DNA of 64,000 bases, from the NCBI GenBank assembly GCA_040954595.2, contig CM082592.2, positions 3,798,735 to 3,862,734 on the forward strand. The letters are read 5' to 3'. The position numbers and the translations under genes were made by a program. Origin of the DNA: Balanoglossus misakiensis (taxonomy: Eukaryota; Animalia; Hemichordata). This document shows positions 13,438-27,334 of the stretch, one piece after another. Under the pieces are notes generated by a model. The model was not told the DNA's origin. It saw only the letters and a list, made by a program, of their open reading frames with translations, and did no database searches. Numbering within the stretch: the first letter of the stretch is position 1; every line of letters starts with the position of its first letter.

Positions 13438-14398
13438 GGTAGCGCGTTCTTTGGAGGAATGCGCCATTATGAGCTCGAAGGAGCAGCCCTACACAAAGCG
13501 TGACGTCAACGAACGTTGGCAATCTATTGAAAGTAACCGTCGCTTGATCGTGGCCTTGGCTTTTGTCAGCCTTCAGTCACAAACAACTCGGTTGGTGCGC
13601 ACAAAACAGTCTGCGCACACCAAACACTATGGAATATGTTTTGCTCGAGTTTAATATACATATACATATAGTATGTTCTATCTGACCCATCGCTAACCTA
13701 TTTAATTACTTAATCACACCAGTGACGCCATGGTACTGACCGAAATATGTACACAATAAACAGTTGGATTTGTGATATGGATTATGGAGGCACTGGCATA
13801 AAATGCTCTATTTGTTCGTGACAGATGACAATATTCTTACATCTCAACGTTAAATTATCACTGATGAACTTAAAATGTGAACATTCTCGTCGTACGGCAT
13901 CTGAGTACGAAGTGAAGCGTTCTGTTGGCGTTTCTCTCGGTTCGTGGTGAAAAATCGCCGAAGGACCGTACACTGTCTGACTATTCTCGTTTGTTCATAT
14001 ACTATTAGGGTGAATCGTCGATTTAATTCTCTGATTAAAGTTTGAAAACGCTGAAGAAATCGAGGCATACGTGACCTGCAGGCCTATTTTTTCTTATCAT
14101 CAGCAAACTACGTCTATACGATTTGAGTTCGGACGTAACCATGACGATGGTGACTACTGCAAGAACTGTATTTGCGGAACTTGCGGTCTGACGTGTATGT
14201 AAGAGTCAATTGTACAATAAAAATATAAAACGCCATACTTAATGCTTTCCAATTGACATGTTCAATCTGACCATAAAATCACAGATACTCGAGAATTCTT
14301 GCTCTAATAATTCTCAAATTGTACTCACCCGCCGAAAGCTGTGCCATAACCATAGTTGCCAAGCCTACCAACATGCAAACTTTAGCGTAGATAAACAT
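10641..14398 (-). CDS. EGF-repeat, putatively GPI-anchored surface protein, paralog 3 (~239 aa, 6 exons, Gly-Asp stalk)
   Basis: Exons: 14329-14398 (signal [23 protein letters not shown]), 12882-13034, 12354-12476, 11898-11999, 11345-11449 and 10641-10807 ([15 protein letters not shown](DG)[29 protein letters not shown]). Phase-1 GT-AG introns, open frame. Confidence 0.9.
13214..13435. repeat. (CA)n/(CACG)n compound microsatellite
   Basis: Read directly; lies in intron 1 of paralog 3. Confidence 0.98.
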
Positions 14399-15509
14399 CT
14401 TGTCAGACGTGTGTGTTTCACTTATACTACTGCGCTGCACTCGGATTTGCAAATGACCAATTCACTGGTGACGCCTTTCCTTTAACTGTGCAATGTAAAA
14501 TGTGTGCTCAGCGTGTGAGCTGAGTTGTGCATACGGACAATATTGAACATTGTTATGCCAAAACGAGGATCTTGAACCTTTTCAAAGTAATTTACAAAGT
14601 GTTTCTACGGGGTTGTGACGTGCCAAGGCCATGGGTCCACGACTTTCTTTCTTTCGTTTTTGAACAAACGTTTCCACAGCAGAGAAAAACAAAGACCGTG
14701 CCCCGCATTCTGGATTGTTTGTTGATTTACTCCACCACGAAGACTGAATGAAAGTAATGTAGTTTGTATAATGCACTGGTCGGGTTCAGGCCGGCCCCAA
14801 TAAAACATTTAGGACAACCGGGAACTCGAATAACTTACAAATGAAGCGTACACAAAACAAGATAACAATTTCACTGAAATTTAAACTTGTTTTTCGATTT
14901 GGCGACTGGTATTGTGTGTCGGCATAGACAAATCATTGGTGAAAAATGCTGAGTCAGCTGTTTTTTTCTATTATCTATTAAATTCATGGCTCTGTATTTC
15001 AAAAACAAGCGCAGCGACTCCTATATTTTATCATGGATTTTCATTGTACATACACAGGATAATCCAAAAATCAACAATTAAAAGCAATGACAATACTTTC
15101 AATTTTACTGAATGAACGTACATCCTTAACCGTTTGTTGGCAAGGCTTCAAATATTCATGCAAAATTTAAATGTTTTTACGGTTGAAGAATGGACGGTTA
15201 AGTTGTGCCATATTTCCAACAATTCATGTTCCGTTCACCATGAAGTAAATGCACCCTAATGACAGATTTTGTCAACGTAGTCCACGTTGCTCTGGATCCG
15301 GTTATCCAAGACACGTACATGTCATGTTTTATAGTTTCCATGGAAAACAAAGGATAGTAACGCCTCTGTAACTCTCCGTTGACCCCAATTAGATGACGAA
15401 TATAGTTTCAAACATTTTTCAGATTGTGTGCTATGTTTAAATTATGGTGTTCTGCACACTATTGCACGTCTAAGTGTTAGGCGTTACATATGCATTTTCA
15501 CAGTCTTGT

Positions 15510-17630
15510 AAAGATATCATTAAATACATTCACAAATAAATATTGGCCAAAGCGGACTTTTTGTCGTAGAATTATTTTGCATAGGCAGGGTATATGCGTT
15601 GTAGTGACAGACAGTTCGGGGGGCCGAAATGACCAAAATAGTGACTTCGAAACTGTAAATATCGATTCCTGGGACCAAGGGAAATGGTTAAATAGTGGTA
15701 TATGTGATACACACATTTTATCACGTAGACACCCAGACTCACTCACAGCCCTGAACGTTGAGGGTGTCCACTCAATAAGCTTAACAGGGTACGTTCAAGG
15801 AGGGCGAGTTTGTTGTGGGAGTGTCGAATCAAGCTTACACAGTCTATGATTTTTAATTTATTGATTGTGCATATTTGAATTTATAACCTAACGATGCAAA
15901 GAGATCTCATCAACTTCAGATTTAGGGCTGTTTGATCAGGCCAGCAACCTCATACATGATGTCAGAATTCAATTTCGAATCAAGTCTTTATTGGGCTTAG
16001 TAGTAAAAAAAGTCGGGCATGCGCAAGCTACCTCTTCGGGGCAGAGGTTCCAGAAGGCTCCAGTTCGTGTGGCCCGACCAGGTAATGCTTGGGTTTATTA
16101 TTTTGTCCGTGGATTTTCTAGGTTTGCACTTGGTAATGCATTCATGCGTGAAAATTTCATTAAGGTATAATTAATGCTTGAATAGGGCTTGCATTGGGGT
16201 GATTTTCGCCTGTTTAATTTAGTGAAAAACTTCACTTTCGTTTTACACACTTATCCATGTACGCTAAATATACCAGCGCAAGCAGCCGCCGCTAGAAGAC
16301 AGTTGCAATGTAAATTTAAGGTTGAGATCCAGGTTTAATGACAATTGTTTTTAATCGATTATTTCTCCTTATATTTCATGTTTTCTCCCTACATTATATA
16401 TTTTCTGTTAGCTCTATACCTGGAGTTTATGAAAATATGGTTCATCTTCCAAAATGTCTGATATCTTTCTCGTTTTGCTAAAAAGCGCACAATTTTAAGT
16501 TGTTTTTTACTCAAAGAGAGAATCTGTATATAATTAGACATTTTTATTGTGTCTTCAATTTGTTATGATGAAAGTGAGTATATTTACACACGGAGCCACA
16601 TGGAACGCCTAATTGTTTTTAATTTCTAACTTCACATTAAGTTTTGAAACCAACCCAATACATAAATGCGTCGACATGGTTACGTTTGTTTGCCGTTGTT
16701 GCTATCGTACAAATGCGCATGCGCAAGCTCGCGAACGAAATTCTGTCAGTGTCTCGACGCAATCCTAACATGCTGTATTAATCGGAAACTAAAAATGCTT
16801 TCGACAAGATTTTTTGACGAAAGCGTTTAATTATCCCCAGGTACTTTCAGTTTCACTTCGTTGAGATTGTTGGAACCGATGCCCCCCCCCCCCCAACGAA
16901 CCGAATCACATCTGGTATTGTTTTACTGAATTATCCACTGGGAAATTATGATCTTTCAGAGAGCACATGGTATCAATCCATGGAAAACTCTAACTTACCG
17001 CAATCAATCATTATTTCGAAGAATGACAGCAGGATAAAGCTAATCTTGACATCTATTTACACTTTATTTGAAAAGGGCAACGCAACCGAACACTGCATGG
17101 ACAATGACCATTGTCTGTAGATTCGTTGAAGATGTTATAGGTTGTCGACTGTTATTCCCCCAAAATCTGCTTAGTGGTCATTACACTCGTGAACTTGAGC
17201 ACAGACGGACACACAGGGCAATGTCGAAAGTTACTTCACGTATACAAAGCTCTAAACGAACAAAGGCGGTTCAGCCTGCCATGCCACAAGAGACTAGTGA
17301 ACGCAGACACAAAAGAGCGAGATCAGCAATCTTAACATGGGGCTTTGTATTAATAACAAAGAATTATGACACCAGTCGAAGTGAAACTAGGGCGCGTCTA
17401 CTATGTGGGCATAAAATACAAAGATTATCAGTCTGTATCTTGTCAAAGATCATACATGCACCAATATGTCTATCGAGTGTTCAAAAGTGGTCCACTTGCA
17501 CTTAATCTGCGGTCAACACGAAGGCGTATCGAGGAAACACCCAAGAGTTATATTACCCAAGAGTAACATTTCAATTAAAAAAAGTTAAAGTTCATTCGTG
17601 ATAAACAACGTCACATCTTGTAGCTCATGG
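15510..17630. repeat. Inverted copy of 7255-9130; its left part (15510-15985) is also repeated directly at ~30070-30490
   Basis: Reverse-complement similarity to 7255-9130. Direct similarity to 30070-30490, for example cacattttatcacgtagacacccagac and ctcacagccctgaacgttgagggtg. Confidence 0.8.
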
Positions 17631-18149
17631 CCCCTCAGCGAACGGTTTAGTGCCCTGCGTATAGTCATTGCTCGCGCACTGAGCCTACATTTGAATATGT
17701 GAAGATCACCAAGAAAGACCACACACCAAAGGTCGATGGAGTCGATGTTATATGACTGTCGATGTAAACATGCATGCCTCAGCTGCTGCTAAGTGCCCTC
17801 ACGGGACACAGCTTGTCGTCGGTCAAACCAAGTAAAGACTGGATCCGTAATACATTGTATACTATCAACGCTCATCATTTATGCAAAATATACGGCTATT
17901 TAGCTTCAGTCAAATTGTTCCAATATTCCCGATTTATAGCGATAATTGCACTAATTATTGTCAAAATATCACCTAATTAACACGACACTGGTAAATGTCG
18001 CCTAGTACATTCAGATCTCTCTTTTTCCTCTTTTGAAAGGCAAGAAAGATGTATTTACTCGGCTGGCGTAATAAATATTCATTTCTTGTGAACATGAGTG
18101 TGTAAAACTTATGGTCTACTTGGGGTTAAAGAAAAAACCTATAGTTTAA

Positions 18150-18333
18150 AGGTATACGGTCACCTATGCAAATATAGGTACAGTTACCATGGCAAACTGA
18201 GATCTAGCCAATTACAGATTTTCGGTGGGTGGCACACGCGAAAAAAGAGCGCCACCATATGTTCTTTAGAACGCTCAAATACGCCATTTCAGCCATATAT
18301 GGGCGTATGTAAATTGGGGGAGACCGTATACCT
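18150..18333. mobile_element. MITE, Kolobok-like (TTAA TSD)
   Basis: TTAA|AGGTATACGGTCACC ... GGAGACCGTATACCT|TTAA. Confidence 0.8.
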
Positions 18334-18512
18334 TTAAATTTAACCCGCAATTTTGTACATGCTGGGCAAAAATTACACATGTGATATTCGTCGTCAATTT
18401 GTCCACTACATACTAAACATGTTCTATTCGATGCAGGATTACTTTCTCTCTTCCTCCAAAAACTGACTATCATTACTTTATTCACAGATCAATGAACCCT
18501 ATACTGTAAATC

Positions 18513-21500
18513 ATGTCCCGCCACATTACTTATCAGAGGCAGTGTGATGCCAGAAGTGGTATAACGCTCGAAAGTATCAATGACGCAATTAGAAACATCG
18601 AATCCTTAGACAGAACCTTTGACAGCGATGCACTGAAGTGCTTGGAACATTGTAAGAAATTATACTGGGAGCACCCTCGTGAGGTAGGCGTTTAACTTAT
18701 TTGTCCGTGCCAGTTTGCGTGTGAGTACGCGGTAAACAGAAAGACAAAGGTACATGTATATAAATGAAATAAATACAGTATGTCCTGAGACGAGAAAGAA
18801 CCATGCATTAAATCAGTTTATAAGCTGATCATTTTTATGATACCTCAGTCATTATTTGAGTATTGCTTTGTGGTGAGGCCAATTTAGCCATCTGCCCCAT
18901 CATTTGTTAACATATCCATTTTGCAAGAAGTTCAAGATCCGGATATCACTATTTGTGGTCATCTTTACAATGATCGTGTAAAGAAAGTGGTGGTGTCATG
19001 TCATGAACGATATTCATCGAAGTCATATTCTATGACCTCGGGAACTAAAATAATGTATAATTTGATAGGTTTTCAGTGCGTCATTTTGAGCATTTTTTCC
19101 ATTCTGAAAGGTATGGCGCAGTGTCAAAATTGTTGTGGATGGCAGGTTTTTAAAAGCCCTGTTACTGTCTGGTGATGGGTTGAATCGATTCCAAGTATCT
19201 CTCAACAAAGACGGCAACCCCACGGCAACGGTTACTTTGTGGCCAGGTCACCTACCGCCCCCTAGAGATCATCGCGGCGGAGAAGGTGGCTTTGAAATAA
19301 CTGCCAATGTACGGTATGGTCATCGATCAACTTCGCACGACTCCAACGTATCGAAAGGTAACAAAAATCCCAGTTATATGACTTCTGTTGCCGTAATACT
19401 TTAAAATTCGGTTTTAGAGTACGAATTTCAACTTTTTCCAATTAAAGAAACACGCACGTGCCTACGGAAGCTTATTGGGGCCAATTTGTAAAAAAAGAAA
19501 TAAAAATAAAAATCTCGTAATTACGCGATTTTATTCTCGTAATAATGACATCGTAATTTAGCCGAAAATGCGTTTGAATGTAGAAACAAGTCTTTTTCTG
19601 CAATAACCCTGATTAACAAGTCTGCAAGAAAGTTGTTGTTCATTGCAGCAAGCATTAACCCCTGTTACAGGCGTGTTCTGCCGCCGACACTCTTTTAACG
19701 CTTTTCTTTGGGTTTCTTACAAGTAAGCCAACAAAACCAGGATATAAGACACAAAACACATTAAAATAAATAATGTCAACGCAGTGTCCTCTCATTAATT
19801 CATATTATTAGGATCAATATTATGAGCATGAAATGGCACATACTTGGAAAAGAAACTAGGATGCGAACGAGGGAGTTGGAAAACAATTTTCACTCAAGAG
19901 GTGTTTTTGAACCTATCACTTTATAAGAACTGATAGTTTCTCTCCGACAGATTTCATCGGTCACATCGAATGTAAACCATCCGTAACCTTCAAACACATA
20001 AAAGATGTACTGGAAGAAAAGATGTCGAGGCTGAATATTTTTAGTGTGAAAGATGACGTGAAGGAATGTCTGCGTCGTTGCTTTGATTTATTGAAAGAAA
20101 AGGACCCGGTTGTGAGTGTAAATCTATTTATAGAGAATATTCTTTTGGTTTTGCCGTGGGATTTACGAATGTTGGATAAACAAACATAAGTGTACATGTT
20201 ATTTTGTACCTTGTCGACAATTTTGAATTTTGTCGGGGAAAGAAAACAGACTTAGAGAAAACACTGAATGTGTCAATAATTAAGTCAATTTTCCACAAAT
20301 GTAAATGTCATGAAAAGTGACATGTTTCTTTGCAATCGTTTCACTTGATATTTAATTACACGTATTTAAATATATACACTGTATATAATATATACAGTGT
20401 ATATATTATATATGTGACTGTGTGTGTTTGTGGGAGATTAATAAACAGTAAAGACTAACAAAATGGAGCAAAGGCCAAGTAATCTTGACATATAATTGAA
20501 TGTGAAAATGTGTAAACAGTTCAAAATTCCTCGCCATTTTCCTAAAAGTTTACAATAGCATGAATATAATACAGTACATACAAAATAGAATACAATTGCG
20601 TGTATATGGATCCGATTATCTGTCTATAATCATTGTTTTTCCTTTTGTTCCTACACACAAGTTGATTTTTGTTTTGTTTTAAGTGAATAAGTCAAGTCAC
20701 ATTTATGAAATACTTGCAGAAAAGTTAAAATGCACGTAAAGAGAGACATTTAAAAGTATGTTCACACTTTTAAGCATACATAACTAAATCTGGTATCTAT
20801 TTTGCATATTCTCAGATTTGGAAAAATGCAAGAATTTCCATACACGGAGTGAATCTCACAATTCTCTTTACATCCGGAAAAGAGATACATCAGTTTGATG
20901 TATTCCTAGATGACAAGAAAAATCCTGTATATTTTGAAAGTGAAAGAATTTCTTCCGGTGGTGCACATTTATGTTACCTTTATATTGTTATGTTACATTG
21001 CGTTATGTTACATTATGTTATACATTTGCATTACATTACATTATATTTATTGTGTTATACATAAACCTTTGTATTACATTATATTTATCATACATTACAT
21101 AAGCATTGTAGCACACCAAATCATTTCACTACACCACAGTTTTTCATTTAATATTAAATCGTGATCTGTAATTTGATTATAGAGTAACCGACAATGTGAT
21201 TGATCGAGATATACACATTTACAGTAATATGCGATGGGTTTGGCAATCTGCTATGTTCAGTCTGTGTAATGACCAGAAAATTCAATAGTTTCTATCAACA
21301 ACGGCGTTCATTAAAGTCCCATTAGCTGCGTTTCGATAAAAAAAAATAAGCTTTAAATAATCTCGGATATGCTTTTAATTCTGTCTAGTAAATGATATTG
21401 CTTGATAATATTGAAGAACACACTTATTTATGACAAAATTCCACCCAAAATAAAAGAAAATGTGCATTCAACTAATTTTTATCAAGAAAATACTAAAATG

Positions 21501-24500
21501 GAAAAGAGTTACTGTATAGTATTTACGAAAATGGTACATACGTTGCATGGTCGTATCCGATTTGTCTAGTTTTATATTGTAGTTAGGATTTATGATCATG
21601 ATGGTGACGACGACAATGATGATGCTGGTTGTGGTGGTGGTGGTGGTGGTGGTGGTGGTGATGTCATCAGTAACTTAATAGCTGAAACCCAGTAAGATAA
21701 TATCTCCATTCATTTCTTCTACGTTATAGATGTTTTTGAAAAGAAGTGCGCTCCGAAAATTACCTGTGGGCTGATCAGCAAAAGCATCGAAGGACTCTTA
21801 GAACAAGGCGCAATCTGGAAAGAACGTGACGTATTGCTTCTTAGACATTGTATTGACATCCTCGCAGACTATCCAAATGAGGTATGGTTGATTTGTCCCT
21901 TTACTAAAGTACATGTATGAATGAAGTCTCCAGTAACGCTGTCACTTTGAAGCTGTAATACCACTGTACTTTGAATATGATTTCGATTTTAATTAATTGA
22001 GACACTGTAGATGCCAAATGGAACATTACTTCTTTTCCTTCATATGTTTTACAAATTAGGTTTGGGAAAATGCATCCATTACAGTTTTTTGCGGTAAGAC
22101 ACAGGTATGCTTTCATTCCGGGGAAAAGAAATACAAATTCGATGTACTATATGGTCATGGGGATAAATTAATATGCTCGCAAACTGATGGACCGTTCTTG
22201 ACCAAGATGGAATTTCCCAGTGATGCCAGACGTCATGTTCCAGAACCAAAAAGTAAGAGGGCGTTTATAACACTTTGAATTACCAATATCGACATAAACG
22301 TAGACAATCTTGCCACAATGAAAACGGATTGAGTTGCACAGAAGGAATGACTGATCATTGAATTTTTCATCAATCCGTATATGATAAGAAATAATCTAAT
22401 TGAATAAATTGTAGACAGTCTTAGTTGATAAGGAACAGTTTTACACCCTTTTCATAAGTCTAGCGCCCTCACAGAGCTATCATGAATTTGAACTCAAAGC
22501 GAGGCCACTGGGGAAAGTTGACCAATCACATCGAGGGGATTTCCCTATTGGCCTCGCTTTGAGTTCAAATTCATGATGGCTGTTTGTGGGCGCTAGACTT
22601 ATGAAAATGGTGTATTGTGTAGGTTGTTTCAAGTCTAACAATAACAGAGACGTGCTGCAGCTAACACTAGGAAAGAAATTGTGTTGTGATTTTTATGGGT
22701 GATACATTCTTATCAATAAAACACTGATCGCGGTCTATACCACTGGTGACTTTTAATTTTTGACTTGAATTGGAATAGCAAAGTGTATTTTTTTAATGTG
22801 TTGAACGAAAAATTCGTTGGTTAGTATATTTCCTCTGTGCAGCTCAACCCGTCTCCATTGTATAAGGCACTAATTGTTATTTCAACCCCCTCATCCACAA
22901 GAAAGAAATCAACCTAAGACAATCAAAACTTGATAAATAACTGTTCAGGAAATATGATATGCTTTCTTACATCGTTTAGTTTTATTTGCGCTCGACGTTT
23001 TCGCTTTTTATTCTTGAGATATCAACAAGAGATGCGAACCATTCATCAAGCTTGAACACGTGCACGACGTAATTGAAGAGGTAGATAGAATTTATAAAGA
23101 CCATGATCATGATGAATTGAAGTTGTGCATTAAGCAGTGTGGTAACATCGTCAGAGATCAACCTATCGAGGTGAGTTAACACATACAGTTGCAGCGTTAT
23201 GTAACATGTCATGCTAGTTCGCGTGTTACCAGTATATACAACGAGACTTTCCCCCAATGATTTCCATGTATTCCTGCGATATACCACTTTTGTTTTTTCT
23301 TAGGTGTTGAAACATGCTTCAATAAAGATTTACTGCAGACAGACATCGGTGACATTGGAAGCAGGATCGTGTCTGCATCATTTCGACATAATATATGATG
23401 GATCTGGGGAAGTGCTCACAAAAACCTACGATGACGAACAAGTAGCGGAAAGAGGTGTACTATTTATAAAATATTTATAAATAATTAATTATATATAAAT
23501 AATTATGTAAATCACTCATGATATATATATAATACACTTACATTTTTATTATTTATAAATAATTAATTATATATAAATAATTATTGCATATGTACCACAG
23601 TATTCCAATCGGGCCGTGCAATAATAATTCTGGTATTTTTGCGAGCTCATATGCAAATGAGCATCCAGGAGAATAAGATCCCCCATTTCTCCTTCAATCG
23701 ATCGTATCTTTCAAAGTTTAACCCTCGTTCTGTTAGACAATCACTTGGAGTTCATATAAACCTCCGGAGGATATAACAAAAGTTTTATTTCAGTCGCAAA
23801 AAAGCCGATTGTTGTTTTAGTTGTGCGCGTGACAAAGTGGTATTTTTCACAACCCATATGCAAATGAGTAAAAACAAGCCGGACTACGTTTTGTTTGTAA
23901 ACATTGAACGCGGTCGGCAGAGCTGGAGTATGATCGCCGAAACGTGGGGAATTTTTAACATTCGGAGACGTCATTGTCTTATCCTTCCCAAATTTTGTCA
24001 GAATAACAAAACATTAACTGGCAGTATGTTTGGGAACCTCGGAATATCCCTCGCTATCGCCAGTTTCTCAAATATTGCCGATGCTATCTTGCGACCTGAG
24101 CTAAACCACCGATGAAATGAGCCAACATGATCGCCGAAACATGCGGATTTTTCAACATTCTGGCACGTTGTTTTATTATCCTTCCCAACTATCGTCAGAA
24201 TAACAGAACGTTTAGTTGTCAGTGTGTTTTGGAACCTCGAAAATTACGAAAATCTCTCGCTATCGCCAGTGTTTCAAAATTTGTCGCTGCGTTCTCACGA
24301 CCTCAGGTAACCCACTGATGGAATGACCCCACATGACCTTTCTTTGCATAACAAAGGTTGCGTCATTTTGGCCAATGAGCGGCCTTCTCTGGGTTGCATA
24401 GCCTTTGGCGCATCACTGTAATGAAAATCAATACGCCACGATCGAAACTTTGATTTTCGTCAAATCTGGGGAAACATATGCAATAATAACAGAACTTCAT

Positions 24501-25791
24501 GACCTCTGCGCGCGATCTGTGCAATATGGATTTTATTTTCACTCGTGAGAAGGTGTATTCTTCTGCATTTTTACTCGCTGTCGCTCGTAAAAATACTCGG
24601 AAGAATACACCTTCTCACTCATGAAAATAAAACCCATATTGCACAGATCGCGCGCAGAGGTCATGAAGTTCTGTCATATTATGTAAATCACTCATGATAT
24701 ATATATAATACACTTACATTTTTATTATTTATAAATAATTAATTATATATAAATAATTATGTAAATCACTCATGATATATATATAATAGACTGACACTGA
24801 CATTGTTTATAAATAATTTATTATATATAAATAAAAGAGCATACAATACATTTTATGTATATAATTGAATCGACTTGAAATTATTTATAAATAAATCGTC
24901 AGGACTTAAATGGTTTGCAAATCTAATATTACATACGTATAAGTATGTTAAATAACGACTTTTGAACAAATAATACAGCTAAATAATAAGTTAACTCATG
25001 GCACCCCATAGATACATTCTTATCAATAAAACACTGATCGCGGTCTATACCACTGGTGACTTTAAATTTTTGACTTGAATTGGAATAGCAAAGTGTATCT
25101 TTTTTAATGTGTTGAACGAAAAATTCGTTGGTTAGTATATTTCCTCTGTGCAGCTCAACCCGTCTCCATTGTATAAGACACTAATTGTTATTTCAACCCC
25201 ATCATCCACAAGAAAGAAATCAACCTAAGACAATCAGAACTTGATAAATAACTGTTCGGGAAATATGATATGCTTTTTTACATCGTTTAGTTTTATTTGC
25301 GCTCGACGTTTTCGCTTTTTATTCTTGAGATATCAACAAGAGATGCGAACCATTCATCAAGCTTGAACACGTGCACGACGTAATTGAAGAGGTAGATAGA
25401 ATTTATAAAGACCATGATCATGATGAATTGAAGTTGTGCATTAAGCAGTGTGGTAACATCGTCAGAGATCAACCTATCGAGGTGAGTTAACACATACAGT
25501 TGCAGCGTTATGTAACATGTCATGCTAGTTCGCGTGTTATATACAACGAGACTTTCCCCCAATGATTTCCATGTATTCCTGCGATATACCACTTTTGTTT
25601 TTTTCTTTAGGTGTTGAAACATGCTTCAATAAAGATTTACTGCAGACAGACATCGGTGACATTGGAAGCAGGATCGTGTCTGCATCATTTCGACATAATA
25701 TATGATGGATCTGGGGAAGTGCTCACAAAAACCTACGATGACGAACCACCAAGATATAAAGGTTAATAGAGTAACGTTCTTACATACATAC

Positions 25792-25822
<31 letters not shown>

Positions 25823-26086
25823 CATACATACATACATACATACATACATACATACATACATACATACATACATACATACATACATACATACATACATACA
25901 TACATACATACATACATACATAGATACATAGATACATACATACATACATACATACATACATACATACATACATACATACATACATACATACATACATACA
26001 TACATACATACATACATACATACATACATACATACATACATACATACATACATACATACATACATACATACATACATACATACATA

Positions 26087-26118
<32 letters not shown>

Positions 26119-27102
26119 TATGTTGACCCACATACATACGTTCCATGCATTCTTTTTATCCATTCTTCAGAAAAAGAGAAGCAATGTCATCCAATCATCA
26201 CTTTTCGGGACTTGTATGAGGTTGTGCAGGAAATAAAACACGAGTTTGGTGAAATGGGAAGACAGGATGGTTTATGTCTCAATGCGTGTAAGGAACAGAT
26301 TGCGAGATTAATCTTACAGGTCAGTATTCCCAACACAATCAGATGTAGGGTTGGCTCGATCTTTACGTTTGCTGATTGGTGGCTTTTCTGTTCTCGGATG
26401 TGCTACATCTGATTTTAATTAGATTGTCTCCAATTACATTGCACAGATTAAAATTTCACATTCAGTGTTGCTTACACAGTTTTGCGTGTACAACATTTGC
26501 AGTTTGTGACATTCATAGTCAAATAAGATCTGAAAATGGGAGCAAACTCCTGGGGGAAAGGCATGGTTAATGGAGGCTAATCCTGCTTTAATTATAGTAT
26601 CAACTTCATATATAAGTGGATAAGTCGAAAATTCTGTATTTCTCTTACCCCAACCACCCCCGACACGCGCCCGCGCAAACTTGATGGTAGAAATTGGTAA
26701 TATGGTAAAATCGTAATCATTTGAAGAAAACGCATACATTGGACATATTACTCAATCAAGTGCCGCATTCACTGACCACCATACATGTACCTGTCTTTAC
26801 AATTAATTATGCCGTTTACCCATAGGAACTGAGTGATGCTGAAATAAATGTATTCTGCGAAGGGATTGTCATCAAATTGGTATCCGGGAAAGGTTTTAAT
26901 CACATCGACATAATCAGCGGTAATGATGGAAATGTTATTACGAAGAAATACACCAAGGGTGACGAGAGTGAGTTCTGTGAATTGTATTAACGTCGCAATG
27001 TGGGTCTTATTGTGTCACTCCCGATTGTTGTTTTCTGTTGTTTTCTTTCTTTCGGCTTGACGATACGCAAGATTGGTGATGACTATGGATGGAATGGAAT
27101 GG

Positions 27103-27135
<33 letters not shown>

Positions 27136-27258
27136 GTAGATAGCTAGCTAGCTAGATATATAGACAGACGGACGGACAGACAGACATACAGACGCAGACA
27201 GACACAGACAGACAGACAGAGAGACAGACAGGACAGAGAGACAGAGAGATAGATAGAG

Positions 27259-27334
<76 letters not shown>

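Noticed and set aside
13142-13522. ORFs rich in CV or HT repeats
   Set aside because: These are translations of the (CA)n/(CACG)n microsatellite in an intron.
17068-17566. 145-aa ORF upstream of the 7-repeat gene
   Set aside because: It has no recognisable motifs, and the frame is not preserved in the inverted copy at ~7350-7840.
22982-25622. Duplicated minus-strand ORFs (22982-23287 and 25293-25622)
   Set aside because: They are antisense shadows of the duplicated plus-strand exons A4/B4 and A5/B5.
25626-26163. ORFs with VCMY or TYIH repeats
   Set aside because: These are translations of the (TACA)n microsatellite.
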